Of a DNA stretch of 64,000 bases, positions 1 through 14,000 are shown piece by piece. Each line of letters starts with the position of its first letter. Position 1 is the stretch's first letter. The translations under genes and the position numbers were made by a program. The notes beneath the pieces are model-generated. The model ran no database searches. It worked only from the letters and a program-made list of their open reading frames with translations, and was not told the origin of the DNA. This DNA is from Camelus dromedarius (taxonomy: Eukaryota): positions 116,252,001 through 116,316,000 of the forward strand of contig NC_087436.1 of the NCBI RefSeq assembly GCF_036321535.1. The letters are read 5' to 3'.

Positions 1-294
1 TTTTGATTCCAGTTGCAGTAAGATTGTTGTAAACCAAATTCTGCAATAGAGAATCAGAATAACTTTAACATGACTCCAAGTGATCTGAGTCTAGCCGGCC
101 TGGCAGGACGGCGGGGTTGCTCAAAGTTTTATCCTTTTAACATCTTCCCCATGAAATTTTAATGAATGTTTATAAAAAAAGTCAAACAAGTTTACTAAAG
201 ACAAAGATAAATAATATATTTGCTACCATATTGATCAGAGCCTCTAGTACATTACTATGCACTGTGAGTCATTAAGGTCACAGTGTCACAGGAG

Positions 295-667
295 GGCTAC
301 GGGACGAACCGTGTCCTCCCCCAACTCCATATGCTGAAGTCCTAATCTCCAGTTCCTTAGAATGTGACTGTATTTGGAGACAGGCTCTTTGAAGAGAATA
401 TTAACTTAAAACAAAGTCACATGGATGAGTCCTCATCCGATTTGACCGGTGTCCTTATAAGGAAAGTAGATTAAGAGACAGCTGAGACCACGGGAGGACA
501 CAGGGAGCAGGAAGCCATCGACAAACTGAGGGGAGAGACGGCAGAGGAAAACAGCCCACACTTCGATCTCAGGCTTCTCTACCCTGGAACCGCAGGAACG
601 TGCGTTTCTCCTGTTGAAGCAGCTCATCCTGAAGTGCTCAGTTATGCAGCCCTAGGAGACTGATACT
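295..667 (+). mobile_element. MLT1-type (ERVL-MaLR) solo LTR
   Basis: Typical MLT1 motifs: 'atatgctgaagtcctaatctccag...agaatgtgactgtatttggagacagg', 'ggtgtccttataagg', ending 'gcagccctaggagactgatac'. Confidence 0.85.
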
Positions 668-2504
668 CGGAGTATTTGTCCCTTTCAAAGAACTGGCCAC
701 AGCGGGTGCAGCTCTATGCACTGGCACTGGTAGGAACTCAGAACTGCTCAGCAGTATCTGGGGCAAGAGGTTGACTGATCAGGAGGAAGGTCCCTGGGTG
801 ATAGCAGAAGTGACTACACTTTCTAACAGGAAAAATGAAAACGTATTAAGGAGGAACGTAAAATTTCACACGAAGTGCACACCAGGGGCCTTGGGACTAG
901 GATGAAGGGCTGACTGAGATTTGGACCAAATGTGGAATTACAGAATCAATTTTTATTTGGTAACCCAGCCCTTAATATGATTATGATATCCTCTGCCCTG
1001 TTCATTGCATTTTATTTTGATAATCTTTTGAGATAGAACTGATTGTGAAATTCTGAGAAGGGGTGCGTGCAGGTGTATATGCTGGGGGTGATGAGTAAAA
1101 CACCATCGAAGTCTGCATCCTATGAAATTAATTGATGGGAAAATATGCAGAAGGGAGCACCAGGTGTTACTTGAGAAAAAAATATAGACAAGTGAGTTTT
1201 CTGCCATTTCTGCCATCCAACTCAACTAATTCACTGCTCTTTAAGGGTTTTCCATAATTTACCAAGAGAAGGAATTAAAGACTCTTCCTGAAGTGAAGTG
1301 TTTTTTTTTTTTTAAGTGGCATGGGCTACAGAGATAATTAATTTCTTTCCTGTAGACTTGTCCTCAACACCTGATGAGGTGCTATGAAAAGAAGTTTCAC
1401 GTCTCATACCAGCACTTTTAAATGGCATCATTAACTACCAGACTAACCAATAAATGGATCACAAGATAGAAATGAATACGGAACTAGGAGGAGGGTTCTA
1501 GGAAGGAGTGGGCATTCCAAATGGCATGTACTGAAGTCCTTTAAAGCACACCAGAACACGGAGAGATAGTATCTGGAAGAAAGTAGCTCAACGGGGAGCC
1601 GGTTTTAAAATGTTAGTTTTGAGGACCCTTTTTCCCTAAGCATACAATAATTAGCTCTTTGTAGATATTATGTTAAAAATCTGGTCTTTGTGCCTCATAC
1701 AGTCCCTTCCTATGTGTACGATCCCTCAGCCCTTGCTCATTGCTAAGCCCCTTTCCCTCCAGAAGCCTCTACCACCAGCGCTCATCTCTCCCCTTCTCGG
1801 CCATCCGTGGGACTCACATTTGATACGCTCTGTAGGGATCTCTGTATCCCACAGTATTCTGTAGTACTCACTTCGTACTTCTTATAATAAATCAGCTACC
1901 TTTGGAACCACAGGGAGCCTCAAAAAGAAACTGCTATCTCTTCTGTGAAAGAGGAACGATAGTACCTTCCATGAAGTGTTCTTATGAGAGTTAAAGAGAA
2001 TGTATAAAAATCCATGATAATATCAGTATGTGCTACCTATGTTTGTCTCTATTAACATCAAGACTTATTTTAATCTAATTCTAATCCATGATTCTCCTTC
2101 TATAGACGTGTGAACTGAGGCTTAAAAAGATCTCATTTGAGTACTCCAAATACGTAAAGGGGAGGGGGTCGCAGATAGACTGGGGTTTGAGAACTCCACT
2201 TGGACAGCCCCCTGGATACTGTGAGAGGTACTTCACGTTTCTGACTTGCCTTAGAGAAAACCACAGGTCTTCTTTTTTCTATTTTGAAAGATAGTTTTGA
2301 AGATTAAATGATACAACAAACATATGTGGTTATGTGGTATCTGGCCTATTTTAGACACACTAAATATTAGAAAAGAAACAGTAAATAAAAATATATAAGA
2401 TAAAATAAGTAAAATATAAAGAGTATGAAAAAATATCCCTTCTGGAACTTGGTGGCTTGTAAAAGGTGGAAGAAGACAAGAATGCGAGAGAATTTACTCG
2501 AACG

Positions 2505-2645
2505 ATCTGAGCCAGCAACCTATAATGAAAAAGGGTATGAAAAGGAATATATGTGTGTATGTGTATGATGAAACTATCATGCCGTACACCGGGAACTGAC
2601 ACAACACGGTAAACTGACTATACATCAATAAAAAATTTTAAAAAA
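2505..2645 (+). mobile_element. 5'-truncated L1 3' end (cetartiodactyl/camelid type)
   Basis: 'gaaaaggaatatatgtgtgtatgtgtatgatgaaac...aactgactatacatcaataaaaaa' plus A-tail; resembles the L1 3' terminus at 32990-33092. Confidence 0.75.
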
Positions 2646-2649
2646 TGCA

Positions 2650-3060
2650 ACTCCTGTTTCTGTAACTGGACACAAAGTCACAGTCAATATTTATAACTTT
2701 ATTATTCCATTACGCATTCTGAGTCTCCTTGACTGTAGCTGATCAGCACTTTTTGCATTATAGAGGAAACCAAACCTTCACTCCTGAGGGTCTGAACCCT
2801 CAGTGGTCCTGCCTCTTTTTAGTTGCTGTGGTTTTCCACTGACTTTCACTACTGGACAGGAAGGTAGAAAGGAAGAGGAGCCCCGGGAATACCCCACGGT
2901 TCACGGCACAGCTCTCTCTACCTCCACTTCTCCTTGCTAATTGAGATCAGTCATTCCAGGTTAATCTCTGCCTTTTCCTAACCTACCTCATTAGCCGCAG
3001 GAAGGACAAGTGTGGATAACCTGTGTACACAGCGTCAGGTAGGTAGTGAGGTCTCTGCAC
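2650..3060 (-). mobile_element. ERVL-MaLR internal (MLT1-int-like) fragment
   Basis: 'aaaccaaaccttcactcctgagggtctgaaccctcagtggtcctgcc' resembles recalled MaLR internal sequence; highly degraded. Confidence 0.45.
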
Positions 3061-4269
3061 ATGGATACGTTCCTCCCCTGAGTCTTCCTTCAGATGACAC
3101 TCATTTATTTGACTGAAGGTTATTGTTGGGGGTCTTTTGTAGGAGATATCCCATCACATTCCTCTTTCTTGCCTGAGTCCCCAACAGTCTGAGAAATAAT
3201 AATTTTGTAAAATAATCACCTCTATTCAAGACTGAAGCCAGACTGGAGGGTGGAGGTCTAAGTATGAGTCAATCTCGACTCTGAGCCCCGGGAATCAGGG
3301 ACAGATTTACCCATCCAGTCCCTTGGCACAGGGGAGCAGATGGGCCAGGTAAGACTCGCAGCATCAGGGGCAGGAGGCATGTGGTCCAGTGGACATCTGG
3401 CTCCTAGGAGAAAAGCAGAAGTCAGAGCCAGGCATGCCCACTGAGTCTTCCCAAGTTCACCAATTACATCATTTAGTCCACTCCCCCGTATCCCTCCTCC
3501 AGAAGAACTAGGAGAGGAAAGGGGAAAGGTGCACATGGTATTTGTTTAGGGGAAAAAAATCACTCTGCAGGGACACTGGAGAGGGGCAGCTTTCCATACT
3601 TTCACAACATCAATGAATATATTAGAATGGGTCAGACTTGGCCACCCATCCTGAGTTTGTGGGAGTGAATGCAATACATCCAGCTTGTCCATAAGACATA
3701 ACCAGTCTGCCTTCCTGAGAGGAGGGGCATGAGGAACCCCAAAGAAGGGTGAAAGTGCCAAGTCTGGGGTACTCCAGAGTCTGGAATCCTACTGAATGGG
3801 AATTCAGTGCCTTTCAGAACTGTTTCATCCAAGGTCAGATGAATTGTCTGCTCAATACTGTTTTCTGAAAACTGCATACATTATGCACACAGCATTCTGT
3901 TGGGATGAAGTTCAACTCTGGAGAGGATTAAAATAAAACATAGTCCAATTATATTTTTAGTCATTTGATAAGAAAAAGAAATACATAATATTTTATGTGT
4001 CAGTACCCAGAAAGAGTTTGGGTATGTCAAATGTTAGGAACAAAACAAATAAATTACTCTGATGTTCTTTCTTTAAATCTTTTAAATCCCTGTATTTCTG
4101 TCAGGCATGATGGCGCTTTTTATTTCAGCAATGAATACACAACGTCACCACTTGTGAGAAACCCTAGACCAAAGACGGAGTTATCTCCCCAGTATCCATT
4201 TCTGCAAACTGTCTCTCATTCTCAAATTTCCCCTCCTTTCCACTCATCTCAGATGTGGCCCGTCCTGTT

Positions 4270-4900
4270 CTCCCAGGGCACCAAGGTTGGAGAACCACCT
4301 CCTTTTCACACGGTCTGAGGGCCCGTTTTCAGTGACAGTTGCTTCGTGTCCCTTGAAGGAGGCCATCTGTTCACCTTGGCAAGGTGAGTGTCTTGTTCCC
4401 TGTCAAAATGTCTACGCGGCCTCCTGTTATCGGATTAGATTCCACACCTTTTAATTTTTCAGCTCAGGCACTGAAATCTTCTCCTGTGGCCGGGGAGATG
4501 GTTTCACAGGCTGTCTGGGGCCCTCGCGTGATATTTAATCAGGGTCCTGATTGTGTGGACACTGCTTGCCTTCTGCCCCTGTCAGCAGTCAACTCACTCC
4601 TCACTAGCCCTGTGGGATGAGTGAGCTCTAAGTTCCAGGAAATTCCCATTTTCCAATTATTCACTGTTTTCCATGTAATGCAGAGGGTGAAATATAAAAG
4701 AAAAACAGGGTGATCAAGTTATCAAAAACTCTGCTCCATAGGCTCATTATCTGCAACCCAAATTAACTTAACCATAGTCCCCAATGCCAGGAACATAAAG
4801 ACGTTCATCTAACTCTCCTGGGCTCAGTACCTTGATTGAAACAAGAAGCAGATGATATTGTAAACCATCCAATGCCCTTATTTATTGTTAGAAATCCAAC
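4270..4900 (-). mobile_element. Degraded ERVL/MaLR internal fragment
   Basis: Recalled resemblance to MaLR/ERVL internal sequence; no intact ORF. Confidence 0.3.
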
Positions 4901-5299
4901 AATCACCCTTTCTTCCCCAAACTGAGAAAACATGTTAAGATGTAACTGAATCACTTTTCATATCTGCAAAACAAACCAATCTGAGGCCAGTTTGCCAGGG
5001 AATAGTGTTAACTGGGGAAAGACCGAGGAGAGGGGACTAGCATTTATTAGAAAATTCTTATGAGTCTGTCATTTTTAGGTGCCTTCTCTTGGTTTCTCTT
5101 TTAATCTCCACAGCCACCTAGAGAGGTAAAAGTTGAAAGTTACACTTAGCGATGAGGAAAGGGGTGCCCGGAGGAATCAACCAACAAGTTCAAAGTTACC
5201 CAGCCTGGAGATTTGTTGAGAGTAGATTTCAGCCACTCTCACTACACACATGCACAGAAACTAGGTGAGGAGATGATATGTTAGTAGCCTTGACTGTAG

Positions 5300-5589
5300 T
5301 AAGATTTAAATAGATACAATGAGCATCTGCTAATCCCAAACTCCTAACTTATTCCTCCCACTCTTTCCCCTGTGGTAACCATACTTTTTTTTTCTTCTAT
5401 GTCTGTGAGTTTATTTCTGTTTTGGAAGTAAGTTCATTTGCATCACTTTCTTTACATTCCACATATAAGTGATATCAGACGATGTTTGTCTTTCTCTGTC
5501 CGACTTACTTCACTTAGTATGATCATATCTAGTTTCATCCATGTTGCTGCAAAAGGCATTATTTCATTCTTTTTTATGGCTGAGTAATA

Positions 5590-5636
<47 letters not shown>

Positions 5637-6037
5637 TATACATACATATGTGTGTGTGTGTGTGTATACCACATCTTTTTTATCCAATCATCTGTGGATG
5701 GACATTTATATTGATTCCATGTCTTAGCTATTATAAACAGTGCTGCTATGAACATTGGGGATGCATGTAACTTTTTGAATTAGAGTTTTTATTTTTTTTT
5801 TCCAGATATATGCCCAGAGTAGGATTGTTGGATCATACAGTAACTCTGCTTTCAGTTTTTTAAGGAAATTCCATACCGTTTTCTATAGTGGCTGCACCAA
5901 TTTACGTTTCCACCAACAGTGTAGTAGGGTTCCTTTTTCTCCACACCCTCTCTAACATCTGTTATTTGTAGACTTTTTGACAACAGTCATTCTGACCTGT
6001 GTGAGGTGGTATCTCATTATTAAAGAAATGCAAATCA
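5300..6037 (-). mobile_element. L1 fragment: ORF2 C-terminus and partial 3' UTR
   Basis: Minus-strand ORFs encode L1 ORF2 C-terminal peptides MFIAALFIIAKTWNQYKCPSTDDWIKKMWY and EYYSAIKKNEIMPFAATWMKLDMIILSEVS. Confidence 0.92.
5593..5665. repeat. Compound (TG)n microsatellite inside the L1
   Basis: Directly visible TG runs interrupted by 'tatacatacata'. Confidence 0.95.
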
Positions 6038-6214
6038 TAGTAGTCTTTTAAGAATGAGAATTCATGAATTTGTTTAACACACATTAAGCTCCTAGTATGT
6101 GCCATGCACTCTACAAGCCTTGGAGATACAGCTCTAACAAAATCCCTGCTTTCAAGGAGACTCTGTTCCAGTAGAGAAGGACAAAACTGAAATCACAATC
6201 AGAAAATTATAATT

Positions 6215-7250
6215 AAAAGCTTCTAGTTTCTGGTCTGACATGACTTGGAAGTCTTAAATTCTGTACTCGTAACAAAAACAACAACAGAGGCTAAGCTAAC
6301 TGACAACCTACTGCTCCTCTTAGACCCATAAGATAATCAAGCTAGAAGGGCAAGCCACTGCAACAGAAGCTGGAGAGACAGGTGCATCCAGACTCCCAGC
6401 TTACCAGGAGCAGATGCTGCTGCTATGGCCTGCTAGGGACATGTTAAACTGTAATTGAAGACTAGCTGGACATTGAGCATGCAACAGCTTAAGACACTAC
6501 ATCCTTAGGGGTCCCCACACTTCCATGAATTTCATCTCTAGGAGATACTACCCAGCTCCAGTACCCTCTGCATTCTTGTTTCACGTATAGGAAGAGGGGA
6601 GCTGAGAAGCGCTTTTGAAGATCACAGCCCAGTGACACAGGATCTTGGAAGGACTGAGACCTAATCATTGGATACAGATCTTCCTTGACTTATATGCAAT
6701 TTACCTCCCAGTAAACCCATCATAAGCTGAAAATGCTGTAAGGTGAAAATGCTTTTAATACACCCAAACCTGCCAATCATCATAGCTGAGCCTAGCCTGC
6801 CTGCAATGTGCTCAGAACAGATACCTAAGCCTACAGCTGGGAAAATCATCTAACTCAAGTCCTATTATATAATAAAATGTTGAATATCTCATGTAACCTG
6901 TTGACTACTCTACCGAAAGTGAAGTACAGAGTGCTTGTAAGTTGACCAGTTGTTTACTCTCGTGATTGCATGGCTGATGAGAAGCTGCAGCTCCCCACCA
7001 CTGCCCAGCCTCACAAGACAGAATCACCAGCCTGAAGAAAGACTGATATTCAAAATCTGGAGTATGGGTTTCTACCGAATGAGTACCACTTTTGCAGCAT
7101 CGTAAAGTTGTAAAGTCGTAAGTCAAAACATCTTAATTCAGGGGAATTCATCTGTATAGAATGCTTCCCTTTCAGTCACAATTTACTACCCCATCAGTAG
7201 GGGCCCTGTATAAATCACAGGAGATTACAGCTGCCATATAGTTAAAGTCA
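6215..7250 (+). mobile_element. Old L1M 5'-end fragment interrupted by Tigger2a
   Basis: 'cttctagtttctggtctgacatgacttggaagtc...aagctaactgacaacc' resembles L1M 5' ends; sequence continues on both sides of the Tigger. Confidence 0.5.
6675..7154. mobile_element. Tigger2a-like non-autonomous Tc1/mariner (pogo) DNA transposon
   Basis: Termini 'cagatcttccttgactta...' and '...aattcaggggaattcatctg' form degenerate TIRs flanked by TA at 6673-6674 and 7155-7156. Confidence 0.85.
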
Positions 7251-8299
7251 CATAGCCCCAACCATCTGTGAAATACATTCCATATCCATCCACCCCTCCC
7301 CTCCTTTCCCACTGACTTGAGCGCAGCTGCTCATCACCTCTTCCCTGAACTGACGAAATACCTCCCCAACAGCCCTGTGCAGCCAGTAGCCCCAGTCTAT
7401 CATCTACAGCACCCCCAAGGAGTCCCTTTAAACAGTGGACCCAGTCACTGCCTGTGGTTCCCTGCATGACTGGTAGGATGGGTAATGAGGAGACAATGTA
7501 GATTAGTGGCTGAGCACAGGACTCCACAATCAGAATGCCTTGCTTCAAATTGTGGCTCCACCTCTCGCCAGCTGTGTGCTAACACAGCCTAGCCTGTCTG
7601 TCGCAAGATTCCCCACCACTACGACGGAGATCCAGTAGCACTAATGTGCCATCTTCCTACCATCATTTTTGCTTATTTGCTGATTGCCTCCTGCATGCCA
7701 GACACTTGTTTCAGGTGCTGGAAATGAAATGATCTTTCTTTAAGCCAATCAAACCATCTGGAAAATGATGGGAAAATACAGAGGAGATGAACTTGTTGGT
7801 CATAGAAGGAGAAATAACGAGACATAACCCAAAGTGGTCGGCAGGAGAATGAGAGCCTGGCACAGCCACAGGTAACGGCAAAGCTTCTGCTGCATCTTCT
7901 CACCAAGGCCTGTGAGTTAAGGTCTTCAAGAAGGCATCTGGTCCACACAGCCCAAAGGCTCTAAATACGGTTCACAGGAAGGGCTGCAAAGAAAAGTGAG
8001 TACATACAGCTCAGTGAATGTGCAGGGTCAGACAGTCCTGGCTCAGGCCCAGGGGCTCCAAATTACAAACTGTGAATGATGGAGAGTTGTTTAAACTTCC
8101 ACAAGCCTTGCTTTTTTATGTCAAAAATTCAGGTAATAATGGTATTAGCCGTATATGATTCTCAATAGAATTAAAAGAGGTGTTTTAGTTTAATATAAAG
8201 TGCTTATCAGAGTTCCTGGTGTGTGTTAAATAAATCATTCAGTATTCAATAAATCCACTATCATTAATGGTGCTCAGAATCAGGAGAAATCACTGGCTG

Positions 8300-8777
8300 G
8301 GTTGGTCAGGGGAGACCTTGTGAATGAAGGTCCATCTTCACGGTGGACAGTGGCTGATGCTGTCAGAGCCTCACTCAAATCCCCCCCACGCTCAGTTGTC
8401 CTACGCACTGTTGCAAGTGCCCATGAGTCCCTTTCTCTGGCCCTGGGAGGCTCAGCTCACACACGGGGAGAGTGGAGGTACCAAAAAGTTAGTGCCTCTG
8501 GAAGTAGCCCTCTGCCAATGATGAACAGGAGTTTGTGGACAAGTCCACCCAGCAGACCAGTGCTGAGGAACATTCCATGCTGTTGCTCAGAGGTCTCGAG
8601 TGTGATTCAGCTCAGTCCCACATGGTAGCCTTCTCATGCATCTGGACTGGTTTCCTTTCATTCTCCATCTCTCTCCCCAGCTCCTCTACCTGTGCTTCCT
8701 AGGTCACCTCCAAAAGGAATTCCTTGAACCCAAGTCTTCATCTCAGGATGAGCTTCAGAGGGAACTCATACCCAAAT
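8300..8777 (+). mobile_element. Old ERVL/MaLR LTR (LTR16-like)
   Basis: 3' end 'cttgaacccaagtcttcatctcaggatgagcttcagagggaactcatacccaaata' matches the typical ERVL LTR end pattern. Confidence 0.55.
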
Positions 8778-8914
8778 ATAAATGTTCAATGATGGTAACT
8801 TTATAAAATGATGGGAAGGGCAATCTAGTTGGGGTAGTGGAAAATTTTAGGCAGAGAAATATAAAAGTCAATGACTGGGGTGACACTGTGTTTAGTTATT
8901 GTGTTTAACTCTCC

Positions 8915-9260
8915 TGTTATGGACTAAATGTGTGTGTGTCCCCAAACTTTACATATTGAAATCCTAACTCTCAATGTAGTGGTGTTAGTGGGTGGAGCCT
9001 TTGAAGAAGATGAAGTCATGAGGGTGAAGCCCTCATAAATGATACCCCAGAAGGCTTCCTCACCCCTTCTGCCATATGAGGACACAGTGACAAGATGGGG
9101 TTCTATGAGCCAGAAAGTAGACTCTCACTAGACTCTGAATTGGTTCTTGGCTTAATCTTGGACTTCCCAGCCTCCAGAACCATGTCAAATAAATTTTTGT
9201 TGGTTCAGCCACCCAGTCTCTGGTATTTATTTTCATTACAACAGCCCAAACAATTAGACA
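8915..9260 (+). mobile_element. MLT1A-type solo LTR with 5-bp TSD
   Basis: TG...CA termini; perfect TSD 'tctcc' at 8910-8914 and 9261-9265; 'ttggacttcccagcctccagaac...aataaattt'. Confidence 0.92.
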
Positions 9261-10369
9261 TCTCCTTCATCTCTCTACTCTGGCACTCTGAGCAGATTGC
9301 CAGGCCTCGTTCCTCTTAACATAGAAAAGAATGTGAAGCAAGACACAGACAGAAGTTGATTCAAACAACCCCTCATCTTGATGTTTATTTTCCAAAGGGC
9401 TGGTTAAGTTCTTGAGGGGAAGACAGAAGGAGAGAAGGGAAAGAAGTGTTGACTAAGATTCCCTGTAAGGCTGCGAAGGTGGCAGTTGTAGGCAGATGAC
9501 ATAGATAGGTCAGACCCATGAAGTTAGAGAGACTCAGAAAACAGCAAGACCTTAAACAGAAAATGGCTGTGAGGTGCACCAAGGGAGTCTGGACCCAAAA
9601 CCAATGAGGATTTCTGCGCCCCACTGGACCGTGCACCACATGGCCTCCTTGCTTTAAGGATTTTGTAAAGGGGGCACCTAGGATATCAGCAGCAATCATA
9701 ATTAGAACATTTTCTGGGCACCAAGTAAGCCACCAGAATTCTTTTGGACCTTTAATAAGAGGATGGGTACTAATAACAAAGAAAATCATTTTCTACCAGT
9801 CTGGTGAATGAACAGAGGCTTAGAATAAAGATTTACTATAATGTAAAGGAAAAATAAATAAATGTGATATTATTGTAGACTTGAAATTGTGTAATAAGAT
9901 ACACATCAGCCACATGTGCAAATGCTGTCTGAGTCAGACCAATGTGTAGATACTTTTGGCTGAAGCGGAGGGTGCAAAGAGGGTTGGGGAAAGGAGGGAG
10001 GGGATATGTTTCAACATATTGATTGGAACACTAGTGTGCCAAAGTCCATTCTTAGCATTCAACCAGCCCTAGGGAGATGGTTCTATAATCAGCCCCACTT
10101 TATAGCTGCTCTCTTGGCTCTAGACCCAGACCTGTTGTGCACTTCACATTTAAAGTTTGGTCCAGCTTGGATGGGACATGGATAAACCCATTCTACAGAC
10201 TGGATGGGATGCTTGGATCATATTCAACTTCTTCTGATGATAAGGCTCTCCTTCTGATGTCTTGTACATACAACTGTAAAGGATAAATATTAGATGACAT
10301 TATAGCTTTTATAAATGGCAGTGATGATGATCATTTAAAATTTGAAAACAATGTAAATGAAATAATAGC

Positions 10370-10620
10370 AATAGTTACACAGCACTTACTCATGCCAAAA
10401 ATATATTATGTTCTGAAAGTTTTACACATTTTAACTCATCTTATCCCTGCATGAACCCTGTAAGGCTGATGCTCTTATTATCATTCACATTTTACAGAAG
10501 AGAAAACTGAGGTACAGAGGAGCTAGGTAATTCACTCCCGGTCACACAGCTTGTAAGTGGTAGAACTAGAATTTAAATCAGTTTGTCTGGTCCTAGGGGT
10601 CTTAGTTTTACCACTGGGCG
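10370..10620 (-). mobile_element. MIR SINE
   Basis: Core 'cattttacagaagagaaaactgaggtacagagg...ggtcacacagcttgtaagtgg'. Confidence 0.85.
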
Positions 10621-10885
10621 ATGTTGCTTGTCTGAATTCTTGTTTCTAAGTGTTCTCCCATTTTACCGTGCTTTTCACGCCTTATTGTTGTGTTCATTTC
10701 ATTTGTCTAGGTGTTCTCCCAAACCCAACTTATTGCATGTCTTTTGGGTCCACAGCACAGATCAAGGCCGAGTGTACCCAGAGTGGTAGTAATGATGAGA
10801 TATGCATATTTTCTCAAATGTTTTCCGAATATCTAGAGGTGTGAAAGGATTTAATCTATGTTAATACACCCTTACATTACATATA

Positions 10886-11010
10886 TGTGTTGGTTAATTT
10901 TGTGTGTCAATTTGCCTAGGCCTTGGTGCCCAGATGCTCTATCAAAAATTATTCTGGATGTGTCCATGAAGGATTTTTTTAGATGACACTGACCAATGGT
11001 GTTTATGTCC
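10886..11010 (+). mobile_element. MLT2 LTR 5' fragment
   Basis: 'tgtgttggttaattttgtgtgtcaatttgcctagg...attattctggatgtgtccatgaagg' is the characteristic MLT2 start. Confidence 0.75.
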
Positions 11011-11059
11011 AGAAGAGCTGGGATGATGTATGAAACTAACAGTTCATTCTTAAAGGATT

Positions 11060-14000
11060 CATGCAAAAACGTACTCACTCCAAGTAACAGTGCAGAGACA
11101 ATAGTTTGAAAAGCATTTAATACTCTAGCTGACCTGGAAAGACCACTCCAGTATGCCCATAGGTCCATGCCCTCTCTAGCTCCAGCCAACCTTCCAAGGT
11201 GGTGGCCTCAGCACACACACAGGAAAAGCTCTAGAAAAGCTCCAGCCAACTCCAGATCCAGGTTGTCCTTCCACAACAGTCTGGTACACACAGGCTACAT
11301 AGGAGATGCTCCTATAACAAGGTCTTGACTTCAAGACTGGGAGAGGTAACTGTTTACCTAATTCAGAGAAACAAACACAGAAGGTCAAACAAAATGAAAG
11401 GATAGAGAAATTTACTCCAAACGAGTAAACAAGATAAAATCCACAGGAAAAAAAATCCTAATGGAATAGAGGTAAGTAATTTAACTGATGAACAATTCAA
11501 GATAATGGTCATAAAAATCCTTCCTCACTAAATTCATAAGAAGAATAAAAAACACAGTGTGCACTTTAACAAAGAGTTAGAAAATATTTTTTAAAAGAAC
11601 CCATCAGAGCTGAAAAATACAATAACCAAAATAATACTAGGAGTTCAAAATTTGTAGATCCTGACAGGCATATGCAAAATAAATACAAAAAAATACAGTG
11701 GAGGAAATCAACAGCACATTAGATAATATAGAAGAACACATAAGCAACTTGGAAAACAGCATAGTAGATATCACCCAATCAGAACACCAAAAAAAAAAAA
11801 AAAAAAAAAACAAAAACCCAAATGAAAAACAATGAGAATAGTTTAAGGGACCTCTAGGACAAGTAAGCTAACACAGAAGAAGAAGAGACAAAAGAGCAGA
11901 AAGTGAATTTGATGATATGATGACTGAAAACTTTCTCAACCCAGGGAAAGAAACAGATATCCAGGAATCCCAGAGAGTCCCAAACAAGATGAACCTAAAA
12001 TGATCCACACAAACACATCTCATGATTAAAATAACAAAAGTTAATGGTAAAGAGAGAATTTTAAAGGCAGCAAGAGAAAAACAAAGAGTCACAAGCAAGG
12101 GAACCAACATAAGGCTATCAGGTGACTTTTCAGAAGAAATTCTGAAGACAGGAAGGGAGTGGCATGATGTATTAAAAGTTCCAAAAGAAAAAAAAAGACT
12201 ACAACCAAGAATACTTTACATGGCAAGATTATCATTTGAATGGAAGGAGAGATAAAGATTTTTCCAGATAAGCAAAAACTAGAAAAGCTCATCACCACTA
12301 ACCTGGCCTTAAAAGAAACGTTAAAAATTTTTTGTTTAAGCCAAAAAAAAAAAAAAAAACTAGAAATAAGAAAATGTATGAAAGAAAAAAATTGAAAGCT
12401 AAAAATCTAACTGATAAAGGCAAATACATAGTTAAGGCAGTGAATCAATCACACGAAAAACTAGCATGAAGGTTAAAAGATGTAAAATTACCTACAACCG
12501 CAATAAATAAAGAATACATAAAATGGAAAGATGTAAAATCTGATGTTATGAAACATGGGAGGAGGAGTAAAAATGTGAAGTGTTTAAAGTGTGTTCAAAC
12601 TTAAGTGACTATTAGCTCAAAACAAGCTCTCTCTCTCTATACACACACATACACACACACACGATATGTTTACATCAATGAATAGATCATCCAAACAGAA
12701 AATAAATAAACATTAGCATCTAAATAAGACATTAGACCTGATAGATTTAATAGATAGATGCAGAACATTCTGTCCAAGAACTGGAAAATGCACATTCAAG
12801 TGTCATGGAAATGTATACAAGGTAAATCACATGCTAGTCCACAAAATGAGTCTCAATAAATTTAATAAAATTGAAATAATATCAAGCATTGTTTGGACCA
12901 CAATAGTATGAAACTAGAAATTAATTATAGAAGAAAAACTGGAAAAAACACAAACACATGGTGAATTAACAGCCTCATACTAAAAATCCAATGGTTCAAT
13001 GAAGAAATCAAAAGGGAAATAAAAATAAATCTTGAGACAAATGAAAATAGAAACACAGATTTCCAAAATCTATGGGAAATAGCAAAGTCTTTCTAAGGGG
13101 GAATTTCACAGCAATATAGGCCTATCTCAAGAAACAAAACAAATCTAAAATAAAAAGAAAGTTTACATCTAAAAATCAGGAAAAAAGAAGAGCAAACCTC
13201 AAAATTAGTAGAAGGAAGAAAATAATAAAGATCAGAGAGGAAATAAATGACATAGAATCTGAAAATCATATAAAAATCAATGAAACTAACAGTTGGTTCT
13301 TTGAAAAGATAAACAAAGTACACAAAACTTTAGCCAGATTTATCAAAAATGAAAGAGAGAAAACCCAAATAAATAACACTAGAAATGAAAAAGGAGAAGT
13401 TACAACTGATATCACAAAAATAAAAGCAATCCTAAGAGATTTCCAGGAACAATTATATGCCAAAAATTGGACAACCTAGAAGAAATGGATAAATTCCTGG
13501 AAACATAAAACCTTCTAAGACTGAATCAGAAACAAATAGAAAATCTGAACAGACTGATTACTAGTATGAAATTCAACCAGTGATCAAAAAACTCCCAACA
13601 AACAAAAGCCCAGGACCAGGTGGCTTCATAGGGGAATTCTACCAACATTTAAATAGTTAACACTTATTATTCTTTAAAAAAATTATTTAAAAAATGGAGA
13701 GGAAGGAACACTTTCAAACTTATTCTATGAGACCAGAATTACCCTGAAAAAGAAAAACAGACAAAGACACTATAAAAAAATTATAGGACTGTATCATTGA
13801 TAAACATAGACACAAAACATCTCAACCAAATATTAGCAAACCTAACTCAACAATATATGAAAAGGGTCATACGCCATGATCAAGTGGGATTTATTCCCAG
13901 GGATACAAGGATGGTGCAATATACACAAATTGATCAATGTGATGCACCATATGAACAAAACAAAGGACAAAAATCTCCTGATCGTAATGATAGATGCAGA

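Noticed and set aside
5452..5755. His-Thr repeat ORFs (also 26684-26923)
   Set aside because: Translations of (TG)n microsatellites.
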